DNA from: Octopus sinensis
Lineage: Eukaryota
DNA: 64,000 bases
Assembly (NCBI RefSeq): GCF_006345805.1
Contig: NC_042997.1
Location: 744,001 to 808,000, forward strand
Reading direction: 5' to 3'
Positions 53,349-64,000 of the stretch are shown piece after piece. Numbering within the stretch: position 1 is the stretch's first letter; the number at the start of each line of letters is the position of its first letter. Both the position numbers and the translations under genes were made by a program. The notes beneath the pieces were generated by a model. It saw only the letters and a list, made by a program, of their open reading frames with translations. It was not told the DNA's origin and did not search any database.

Positions 53349-53967
53349 TTATCTATTCTTGTATCAAACATTCTATAGATACGGCAAAATATAAAAATTT
53401 ATATAAGATTACTTTAAGTGTTTCATCCTTCCAAAATATATGAATGTGTTACACCACGAAATTGCAAAATTACATATCTGGCTTGAAAGACCATAGTACT
53501 GAAACTTCTTCGAGCAATCAGATCATGTAACCTAAAGAAAAACCTACCAATCGATATTCCTCCACACATCGTAGCATTATATAAATGCTTCATCTCAAAT
53601 CATTACAAAATACAACATATTAAGTACGAAATTCCTAAAAACAGAAGTATACGTCACCATCTCGGTAAATGGACCACGATTTAACACTATTTTATTTTGT
53701 CTTAAATATTTTAAAACGGATATCTTTGTATGGAAATATATATCAAATACGCTACAATTTTCTATTCCTTTTACGCACTTTTGAATTCAGTATAAATTTT
53801 ACATATCCATATGTTTTGATATAAATTGTTATTCTACATTAATTATGCATTTCATATTTATATTATATATTTTTATATAACTATTTCATATGTATATTTT
53901 ACATATATTTTATGTATCTACTTTTCATGATATTTGTACCGATTAATATCATTTTCATCATTTATTT

Positions 53968-54065
53968 ATGCTTGTGTACCATCGCCGCAATGCTCACGTT
54001 ATCGGTTCCCATCAAGACATCTGAGTCTGGAGTCTGCAAAGACCTACATACAAAGACATATCTTA
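53968..54065 (-). repeat. Isolated 98-bp copy of RTE relic segment 55166-55263
   Basis: 3 mismatches in 98 nt, same orientation. Confidence 0.93.
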
Positions 54066-54548
54066 ATTTTTGATGCCATAAATTCCTCATGTCTACGTAC
54101 AGAAGAAACTACAGTACCTTATCAAATGTACATATTTCATAAATATCATCACTTCTGAATTTTTTAAGCTAAGATAGAACATCATCAGCCTTTTTGTGTA
54201 GTCTGAATGTCTAAGTAAAGCTAACTTGCTTTCCTGAAAATTGAACCATTTTTGAAACTAGGAATATAATTTATGTAAAAATATATAATTCTTTAATGGA
54301 CTATATAATAGACATTTCACTTCACATAATTACTTGGTATAGTATTTGTATTTATATGAAGAACTATCATGTATGTGTATGTATAGATATAAGCATGCAT
54401 ATATATGCAAACACATACACGCACATACACTCACTCACACAGACATACGCACATATATTCATACATCCATATACATACATATATACATACATATATATAT
54501 ATATATACATGCATACAAACAAGCATATGTATACATACATACCCCTCC

Positions 54549-54591
<43 letters not shown>

Positions 54592-54879
54592 GGAGTAAAC
54601 TGTCTGATGAACGGCAACGAGAAACTCAGAGTAACAGATTTTGTTGAATTTTCTGCTGCTTAAAATAAAGTATATATATATATATACATACATATATATG
54701 TATATATATATATGTATGTATGTGTGTTTGTATGTGTGTGTGATGAATGTCCACTCGTGACCAAGCTAAACAATGACTGACTATTAAAGACAATGTGTAC
54801 TCAGAAATTATACTTTACATTTCCGGTTCCGCTAACGACTAATGCGTCCATACACGCCCACATATACCGCAGACGAAAT

Positions 54880-55450
54880 TTTCTCCATTCTCTACGCCGT
54901 CGGTACGTTTTCGAGCAGATCCCTTAAGTTCAGGAAGCAAAATGCATGTTTCTTCAAAGATACTACTTCCTTTACACGTTTCCTCCAATGGTGACAATGA
55001 CATACATTGAATTCCCAGCAGTCCATCTGTATCTCACATACCTTTAGCGAGGACTTTATAGAATTCGTAACGTTTTCTGCTGGGGGCACTTTCTTCAGAC
55101 ATATTCACCAAATAGCAGCTAATTAGGAGTCCTTCTATAACAAATTATTCAGTCCAGCGTAATCGATGCTTGTGTACCATCGCCGCAATGCTCACGCTAT
55201 CGGTTCCCATCAAGACATCTGAGTCTGGAGTCTGCAAAGACCAACATACAAAGACGTATCTTAGATATCCCAGATGGAAGGCTTTCAAGTACCCCCATAT
55301 AATACCTGTAACGCGTCCATGCCTCATATTAGTAAGGGATCGACGATAGCACGCACGGTAGTATCAACCTTTGTTCGTCTTCTGATGCCATGTTGGAATC
55401 AAATATGAGAGTCAAGCGTCCTGAAGTTATCAATTGCCTTCTGCAGCCTG
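54880..55450 (-). mobile_element. RTE-clade LINE 3' relic
   Basis: RLQKAI...HGIRRRTKV, LKAFHLGYLR...PDSDVL...SIAAMVHKHRLRWT and SIKSSLKVCEIQMDCWE...WRKRV match the C-terminal region of RTE ORFs. Confidence 0.8.
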
Positions 55451-58114
55451 CAAGATATTTTATCATCAAAGGATCAATAACGGCAGTGTTATATATTGTG
55501 TGGATGAAATACTATATTTCACAGTAGTTTTATAACTGCCTTACTAATCTCTAAAATACTCGCTTAATAGTCATACAAATAAAACTTACAACAATACTAT
55601 TAAAACACACAAACTGGTTACTGTTCGTCTATATATATATTAAGTGCATTGGCAAGAAGGCATTTGCTCCTAAGTCATCAATGATAATTTCAACTAATGA
55701 AGGCGTTTTAAGATATACTTTGCTTTAAATTCTAGTAATCTTTTTAGTATTTCCATACTATTACATATTCACGAGCAAAAGCACAAGCTCATAAACGGAG
55801 GTCTCTTATTTCACAAAATAATTCATCCACAATGGGTTGGTTACTTTAAATCAGAGATACCCTATGATTAAGAACAGAAGCACTAGTTTAGTGAAATCTG
55901 TGAAATTCTAATATGAATACAACCTAGTCTTTCAGCATTCGAGGTGAATAAAATTAAGTGAAGCAGTCGATGGCATTGACAGGCTCGTCCCCTCAATTGC
56001 TGAGCGTGTGCCTACATCAGAAACTATTATTGGGTAAGTCAGAATTTATAGACAAGAATAGAAAATTTCTAAATGCTAAACTTTAGTTACTGGAATTTCT
56101 ATGGATGCGCAGAAATATGCTTATTTCCAATATATCTATGTATCTTTCTACTTATCCACTTCTACACAACTGCCACATACACGATCATAAGATAGCGTAT
56201 TCGCGTAACATACATATATGAATGTGTGTATGCGTCTGCATTATTTAGACATGTTTCAGGAACTATAGTCCTCGGGCAGGACAGAAATATGTGAACGTCA
56301 CTATAGCGATGTTTAAGAGAATACACAGTTGACTGAATTTGCAAACCAGATTTTGTTCCGGGGCTAATAGAGTAGAATACAACGTGAAGAGTTAAGGAGA
56401 AAGACTGATATATGAATATACACATATACACTCAGTGTTACGTTAAACATTTAGGTACATATGCAACACACACAAGCACAAATTTGTTTCTTTTATTCAT
56501 AATACACACCTTATATAGTTTACTTAATATATTTTAATTCCCATGATAGAAGAATTATTATAGTTTTCTAGCTTGAAATTACCTCTATATCCTTGTAATT
56601 GTGGTATATATAATTGCATAACAAATATTTGGTGAGTATACTGAATGCAGTCAATGACTTTTTTTTTTGCTATGCAGTTGAATATATTATATACAGGGAG
56701 AGTAAGTATATTGGTACCTATTATATTTTAAGTACAAAGGTCATGCATCTAAAATTGATACACAACATTTACTGTTGTTTCTCTGTGTTGCATACATATT
56801 GATTAGTAAGGATATGTAAGACTGTATATATTTCTATTCTCTCTTCTTTGCTACTTTATCTCACATGACATTAGTTCTCTTAATAAATATTCCTAGCTCC
56901 AAATTTGTCTTAGTACAGTTTCTAATCCAATTCTCTTATCAGTTTCTTTTGTAAATTACTAATGTCTTCAATAGTATATCTGGTTTATCTACAGTATGCA
57001 AATTTATGCCATCCGTAAACAAAAGGTTGAATACTGGACTACTATACAACATGTTTCTGAGTCCATTCGTGTTTAATAATTTAGCTTATGGTATTATCTC
57101 CAGACAGAAAAAGAGTAGAGGAGGAAACCTTTACCATTTCCCATGAAGATATGACTAGCTTTTATAACTCTCTCGTTTGTCACTATCTGCACAATACATT
57201 GACATTTACTTATGAGGCGTCTATTGTATCTGCTCATCTTCTCTACTGGCTTATTCATTCATGGTTAATGTTCCCAAGATCCATATGTGAGGTATATTCA
57301 GCGAGCGCTTCCGGCTAATCAATCTTTGCCATGATCATACCTTCTCAAATCGCAGTAGATACATCAGCACAATTTACGAAAGAAATCAACCGAACGTTAT
57401 AATAACGGTAAACATCTGCACCATCACTTCCTCTTTTGGCAACCGGACAAAATATCAACATAGATATATGGTAAAGCAGCTACAACAATGAGAAATACAA
57501 AGAATAAAAAATAAATAAATAAAATTCAGTTACGAGAAATATTAGATGCATGTAGTTTTGTAGAACTGCACTGCACGGTCGACTGATATTTTTGGATGTG
57601 TTGAATTCGGTCAAACCGACCGAACTTCTGATGCCCTATAACCTTCAGATGCATAAATACAATATCTCGACCAGTGTAGAAGCTGTAGTATGCAAAGCCC
57701 CACCCCCGACACGCATGCATGTATCAATTGATGTTAACATATTGCTAATAAAGATGCCATTTTCTCCATCGAAACAGGAGCAAAGATCCAACCATGATTC
57801 CCCATTTGAAAGAGTGAACTTCGACTGCATAGCAACGTATATGGTTAGGTGTGTGGAGGAACTGGTGACGGATGTGGCCCCAGAAATAAATGTCATTTCC
57901 GTTTCATGTAGTTGATACAAGTATTTTTGAAATAGGCAAGAAAAATGGATTTGGATGTGTACAGAGATCTTAGACCAAACAGTAATGAATCATATCCAAT
58001 CTCGCACAGATCGAGACACCAGATCGAATCCAGATGTTCGTTGTGTTCGAGGGTAAAACGCCTAAGTATTACAATTGGTGGAGGGACAAAGTTCTTAAAT
58101 ATCTCTGCCTAGAA

Positions 58115-58285
58115 CAAATGGTGCAATTTTCATTCTCAGTAAATCCTTCTGCAGTTTGGTCATACCACGCCTTTCTTCTTTGTAGGCCGTGATTTCTACA
58201 GAACTCCCAACGGATGAGGCTTGCTACATTGTCATGTCGTCTCTTCTATTCGCATTGTGCCAGGGATTTCTGAAAATTATCCATA
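58115..58285 (-). mobile_element. Short R4-clade fragment
   Basis: SLAQCE*KRRHDNVASLIRWEFCRNHGLQRRKAWYDQTAEGFTENENC matches the LA..EYKRRHDNVA..IHW.LC...G....WY segment following the R4 CCHC finger. Confidence 0.7.
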
Positions 58286-58549
58286 GACCCCGGTCCGAAA
58301 GCCCTCTCTCATTTTTCTGACATGATACTTCTCTGACTCTCCTCGTCTCTCATCGACGGCTGAAACTCTCTCGAAACCTTTTGCTGCTGCCATTGAGCAA
58401 AGTTCTAAATTTTTATGCGTTGTGTAAAAGATGGAATAAATTTGATAAGTTCCCCCAAGAAATAAAGGAACTTTTAACAAAAAGGGAATGCACCAGTAGA
58501 AGGAGGAACCCTTATTTTCCGGAGAAAACTGACGATTTTCGAAAACAAA

Positions 58550-58698
58550 ATACGGAACCGAGGTGCTTATTTTATCGACACTGGAAGGATGAAAGAGAAA
58601 GAGGGCCTCGGGGGAATTTGAACTCAGAACGTAAGGAGGGACGAAATATCGCATAGCATTTTGCCCGGCGTACTAATGATTCTGCTATCTCGCCGCTT
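58550..58698 (-). mobile_element. SINE family B
   Basis: tttatcgacactggaaggatgaaag...gaatttgaactcagaacgtaag...ctcgccgctt, followed by (ACT)n. Confidence 0.8.
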
Positions 58699-58775
<77 letters not shown>

Positions 58776-58799
58776 ATAATAATAATAATAATAATAATT

Positions 58800-58895
58800 G
58801 TTTCAAATTTTAACGCAAGGCCAGCAGTTTTAGAGGGATGGGCTTGTTTTTTCGAGTCCATTGACCCCAGTACATGGCCAGTAATTTTATTTATC
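58800..58895 (-). mobile_element. SINE family B tail-side fragment
   Basis: tttcaaattttaacgcaaggccagcagtttt...ttgaccccagtac, similar to 32830 and 60050. Confidence 0.55.
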
Positions 58896-59099
58896 AGTAT
58901 CTTTTTGGTTATCGTCACTGTCTATAATTTTGTTCCAAATGTTTTCAAATTTCGTATATAGATTAAGTTTTGTATACTAATTATGAAAATGATATTCATC
59001 TTCTCTATAAATTCATAGTTAAAAAGTTACTGTCCTTTAAATGTTTCAAAATTTGGTTATAGTAACCAATAAGAAGCGAGTATTTTACACACCACCGTG

Positions 59100-59315
59100 A
59101 AGTTTTGCTAACATATTAATCAAAGAAGCACCATGTGTTCCATAGTCGATTGCGTTGAACTCTGTTTCCAAAGTAACCAAAGATGCTGCGCATGTACACA
59201 AGGTGTGTAACCACCAAATTGAGAGTACCTGGGTATCTTTAAAGCGTGGAAACAAACGCCGGTCTGGGATATAACGTTCCAAGCTTGATCTTATCTTAGT
59301 GAATTTATGTGGTAA
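59100..59315 (+). pseudogene. Merlin (IS1016/IS1595-like) transposase C-terminal relic
   Basis: NHQIESTWVSLKRGNKRRSGI*RSKLD then (frameshift) SYLSEFMW. This resembles the N.IE..W..LK...L.SYL.EFMW end of Merlin/ISXO2 transposases. Confidence 0.55.
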
Positions 59316-59879
59316 TAATATATTTTATAAAATCATATAGTGTATTGCAAACTTTCGTTCTTGAGTTTTTAACTAACAAATGTCTGTTTTAATCAATTTT
59401 TTAACTCTTATTTCTAGCAAATCTTGATGGTTTGCTCGTATCTTTTAAATATTTAATTTGCTCTCGAATGTTTTAATGCTTTTCACTGTTTTCGCTGTTT
59501 TCTTTTCTTGTTTATATTTTAAGGTTTTACTGTTATTTCTAGCAACTCCTTTTGGTTTGCTCGTAGCTTTTAAATATCAAATTTCCTCGCGAGGCTTTTA
59601 ACATTTTTCACTGTTTACTGTAGCTAATTTATTGTTATAAAATGTGAATCCCCCCCCCCACCTATTTCTCGCTACTGTGACAGATGATGGAAAAGACAGC
59701 GAACGCCTTGTTTTCTAATTGGCTGAAAATTCTGAAAATTATCAAAATTTGAACATCTGTAACATTTCCACAAAATGGAATAAATGAATAACAAATTCGG
59801 ATTCAGCGTCAAAACTTACGTCTATATGATACATTAAAATACGTTTTAAAAGATTTTGACATGCAGTGACAATAAACAC

Positions 59880-60008
59880 AAAGATCCATTTATCAACTCC
59901 AGAAGGATGAAAGCATAGTTTACCTTGGCAGCAGTTAAACTCAGGACGTAAAGAGCCTGATAAAATGCTGGTAAACATTTTGTCTGACGCGCCTGCTATT
60001 CTTCTAGC
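59880..60008 (-). mobile_element. SINE family B, degenerate
   Basis: tttatcaactccagaaggatgaaagc...aaactcaggacgtaaagag...ctagctcgcacc. Confidence 0.65.
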
Positions 60009-60049
60009 TCGCACCCTTAATAGTTATAATTGCATGAATAATAAAATTA

Positions 60050-60260
60050 TTTCTTTTTGATCTTGGCACATGCCCAGCAATTTTAAAGGGCAGGAGAAAG
60101 TTGACTTTATAGAACCTAGTTCTTGATTTGTACTTTATTGACCGGAAAGGATGGAAGGCAAAGCTAATGTCGACAAACTTGAACTCAGTACGTAAAGAAG
60201 CGGAAAATACCGTTTAGAATTTTGTCAGACGCGCATAAAATTCTGCCAACTTGCCGCCAT
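60050..60260 (-). mobile_element. SINE family B, degenerate
   Basis: gaaaggatggaaggcaaag...ttgaactcagtacgtaaag...ttctgccaacttgccgcc, followed by (ATG/AAT)n. Confidence 0.75.
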
Positions 60261-60521
60261 AAAAAAAATAATAATGATGATGATGATGATGATGATGATG
60301 GTGATTATGATGATGATGATGATGATGATAATGATAATAATAATAATAACAAATAATAATAATAATAATAATAATAGCGCCGAGGACAACTACAACAATA
60401 ACAACAACAATGAAAGTAATGATAATAACAATAATAACGATGATAATAATAACAACTACAAAACTACTGAATTCAAAGTAATATTTTTAGACATGTCATT
60501 TGACCTAGTTTATATTTATTG

Positions 60522-60613
<92 letters not shown>

Positions 60614-61789
60614 CTTTCAAAATACCAGCACGCCATTATTTTTTATTTCAAATTTTGTGTATGAATTTCGGGCAAATCTCTTATTGATCTTTATTTCAAA
60701 ATAGCTATTATGAGAATAATAATAGGCTATTAGTTTAATTTTATTTTGTTTCTTAAGAACATTTCAAATAATGGCTAAACATTGCGTTTGTATTATAATT
60801 TATAGACTTGCTTTAACCTAGTGAGAATTATTCGTTCAAATAATTGCAAACTATTAGCGGATGCAGTGTGTCTGTAACGTTTACGTTTTCTGTATCGAAA
60901 TTTATGAACTATTGGTTTTTAGACTGAAACTCCAGAACACTTTATATGTTTTCTTACAGCACTTCTGGTTTCAGATTTTCCTACCTTACTCTTATCCCCC
61001 TCATTGTTCTGACTCCAAAAGTTTGGCATAAATCGTATTTTGACTTCGATTCAATCAATCAACTTTGTCTGCTACGTCAAGGCTTCTTACGTCCCAAAAA
61101 AATACGTAGACATCACAACATTCCATTCTTGTAGTCTTTAAAATATACAAAATTCAAATTACGATGAAAGTAAACACAAACAAAGGCTGCTTTAGTTAGC
61201 AGCGTTGAGATGTATTGAAAGATAAGGAAATAATTTCATTCTCAAACGCAGGATGATGCTAATAATATAGCATGAACAGGATAAACTACCCATATTTTGC
61301 AGAAAAATTCCTTGTCGTTAAAATGTAGATACTTCTCTTGTCGCCAAACAGAATATTTGGAATATAAAAAATCGAGAATAGTTTAGATGTGTTAAAAACT
61401 TAAGCTATCATTTGGTTTCGAAATTTCAAGTAAGATCTGGAATTCAAAGGGGACAGGGGGTGGAGTGCGTCGGTAAATGCTATACAATAAATTATATATA
61501 GCAACAATAAGTGATTTGACCTTCAGAAGAAAAATTAACATGGAAGTTAATCGTTTTAGCGGTTCTATCATTTCCAATATATCTTTATTATTAGGCCTTT
61601 CAGTCAACGGAATTTGCAATTTTGATTGCATAACATCTTATGTAAAATGCACTGTAAGTCTAGCAGGCTCAGTTATACAATATAATTTGACAAAATGCTT
61701 GTCATATGGACGCCATAACTCAGAAATGCTTACTGAATCTTCTTAAAGCCCATGGATTCTTAACACTTGCAGCTCAATATTTGAAATCA

Positions 61790-61960
61790 TTTGACTATGT
61801 CTCCGATTATCATTCACTCTGTGATATTCTGTAGAACATTCATTCTTACGAGAGTTTCGCATCAAATCTCACCCGATTTTGTGCCACTCATTCACAACGT
61901 CGTCATCCATTAACCAATCCGTTAGTTTTTATTATTTTATACGATTCTATGCTAAGGCTA
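61790..61960 (-). mobile_element. Possible CR1/L2 3' remnant
   Basis: Only IESYKII and VVNEW-like motifs on the minus strand. Confidence 0.25.
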
Positions 61961-63089
61961 TGGCCATGCTGGTGCAACGCCAGTGGGCGCCCCAGAGGTT
62001 GTATTTATATAGATTGTGTTAGAAGTGAAAAATAATATGTGGCGCTGCATTATTTAATTACACCAGCGCTTCGTTGTGATGGTCATGTTATATTTAGCAG
62101 ACACTACATATTTTTGTATATTCCATATATAATATAAATGCAGTTATAGAGACTGTGAAATAATTTGACCCCCTATTTTATTTGCTTGCAATTTATATAC
62201 ATACATACAAATGCGTGCGCACGCACACCTACACACTCAAACACATACACGCATACACTCACATATGTATATATGCAGATATAACCAGGCCTATTTCTAG
62301 CATTTCACTAATTTGATTACTATTCTCACACATTCTTTCCTTCCACCTCTGATGTGATTACATCTAATTTATTCTAAACATGATCTTTTATATATTGTCC
62401 TAGTGGCACTGCTGTCGCAATCTTCATTTATTTCATTAGAACTGGTGTTCATCACCCGTCTGAACTCACCTAAATATTTCTACAAACTGTACTGCCCTCT
62501 GTCTCATTTATTTCCTTCTACATCACTTACCCCTTACACTAATGACAATACCCGTTCCTCCTCTCGCCATAGGTGTGTCAACCTTTCACCTCTTTCAATT
62601 TTCATTCGTCTTCTTATAAGCATGTTATTAGTCTCTATATCACCCCTCTCCGAAGGAAAACTGTCAGAAATATTAGACTTTTCATTCCTTGCGCCTTATT
62701 AACTCATTGGCCTCTTTTTGTTTTTCCCCATAAGCATTTGTCTACAACCTTGTTTTTCAGATATATTAATTTCACACGTAAGACATGCACCAATCGCTTA
62801 TGATTTGTTTGCCTTTGTTTACTCTGCGCATATCTCTACATGGAAAAAACAAGATGTGTTGGCTTTCTGAGGTACATCTAGTGTAATTAGTCATACGGAA
62901 CAGTCGTATTGTCTTGAGCTCTTGTAAGAACTTCATGTCATTTCGACTCTTAACAAACTTTATGTACACAATTGAATTTTATCTCGACTAACCTACAACA
63001 TAACTTTATGAATTGCACGTACTAAAGAGCACACCGAACTAAATATTGCTTATATATATTCTACTAATGCCTAGGTATATTACCTAGGC

Positions 63090-63322
63090 CAGAGGTTTTC
63101 AACCGGATTCCATATAAGATTTTATCGTTAAAAATTATGTGCAATAAATTGGAAATACGTCTATGAGACAACTTATTTTAAGACTTTTTTTATACAATGT
63201 TTAATAATATTTAATTATATAAATATAATATGATTTTTAAAAACATGGAATGACTACCAAGGCTCTCTGATTAAAAGAGGAATCAAAGGGATCCATAACC
63301 AAAAAATGGTTGAGAAACACTA
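63090..63322. mobile_element. hAT (Charlie-like) MITE, 233 bp
   Basis: Imperfect TIRs CAGAGGTTTTCAACC / GGTTGAGAAACACTA. The 8-bp flanks acctaggc / atttagat both resemble the NTCTAGAN target. Confidence 0.55.
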
Positions 63323-63704
63323 ATTTAGATCACCAAAATATACATAATTAGAATTTTCGATTTTACCTGATGGTAGCACGCAAGTGAAAATAAATTCATT
63401 TTTACTGCACAAAATGTCAAATAGACAGAATATGATGCGCGTGGGCTTGATTCGTCTCTTTACAATTCAAATATCGCACAGAAATTGAAAGCTTTTTTCT
63501 AGTGTAGGAGTCTGTCACGTAAGTCGTAAAAGCAGCATACAAGAATCAGGTCATTCGAAAATAAACATATTCTGTAATCACTGGACTCGTAATTGTGTCT
63601 GACTATGTTAAGCGTTAGACAATATATTCTCCTTCAATAATTTGTTTATTCAAAACACCCTACTGTATTTCACAGCACGTATGTATGTACGTATCTTTAT
63701 TTAT

Positions 63705-63795
63705 GTATGTCTATCTACCTACCTACCTATCTATCCATCTATCTCTTTCTCTCTCTCTCTATCTATTTATCTATCTATCTATCTATCTATCCATG

Positions 63796-63852
<57 letters not shown>

Positions 63853-63927
63853 CTCTCTATCTGTCTATCTATCTATCTATATATACGTATATATATAGTA
63901 TATATATATATAACATATATATATATA

Positions 63928-63984
<57 letters not shown>

Positions 63985-64000
63985 TATATGCATATGTATA
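63705..64000. repeat. (TATC)n-(TA)n compound microsatellite
   Basis: Direct reading. Confidence 0.97.

Noticed and set aside
55937-56038. Possible exon ending in G|GTAAGT
   Set aside because: With the best acceptor all three frames contain stops, and no partner exons were found.
57500-58080. Overlapping 64-107-aa ORFs in moderately GC-rich sequence
   Set aside because: No motif I could assign with confidence; left unannotated.

Overview
AT-rich, microsatellite-dense animal DNA, probably a coleoid cephalopod such as Octopus (inferred from SINE families and repeat landscape). I found no supportable host protein-coding exon, no tRNA/rRNA gene and no CRISPR array; the window is intronic or intergenic and dominated by transposable elements. 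Main contents: (1) 1-4174, a recent Penelope-like (PLE, Neptune-type) RT + GIY-YIG element on the minus strand. It forms a partial tandem with a 1.1-kb inverted terminal copy, and each arm carries a minimal type-I hammerhead ribozyme with a compensatory U3-A8 core and a palindromic stem III. (2) 44248-50311, an apparently full-length Tx1/L1-clade LINE flanked on both sides by (TATC)n. Its ORF2 becomes one open frame of about 1136 aa after five 1-nt additions in short runs. (3) Relics of R4-clade, Tx1, RTE, mariner, hAT and Merlin elements. (4) About 18 SINE copies or fragments from four families, one family strictly co-oriented. (5) Several short local duplications, direct and inverted. Coordinates of degenerate relics are approximate.
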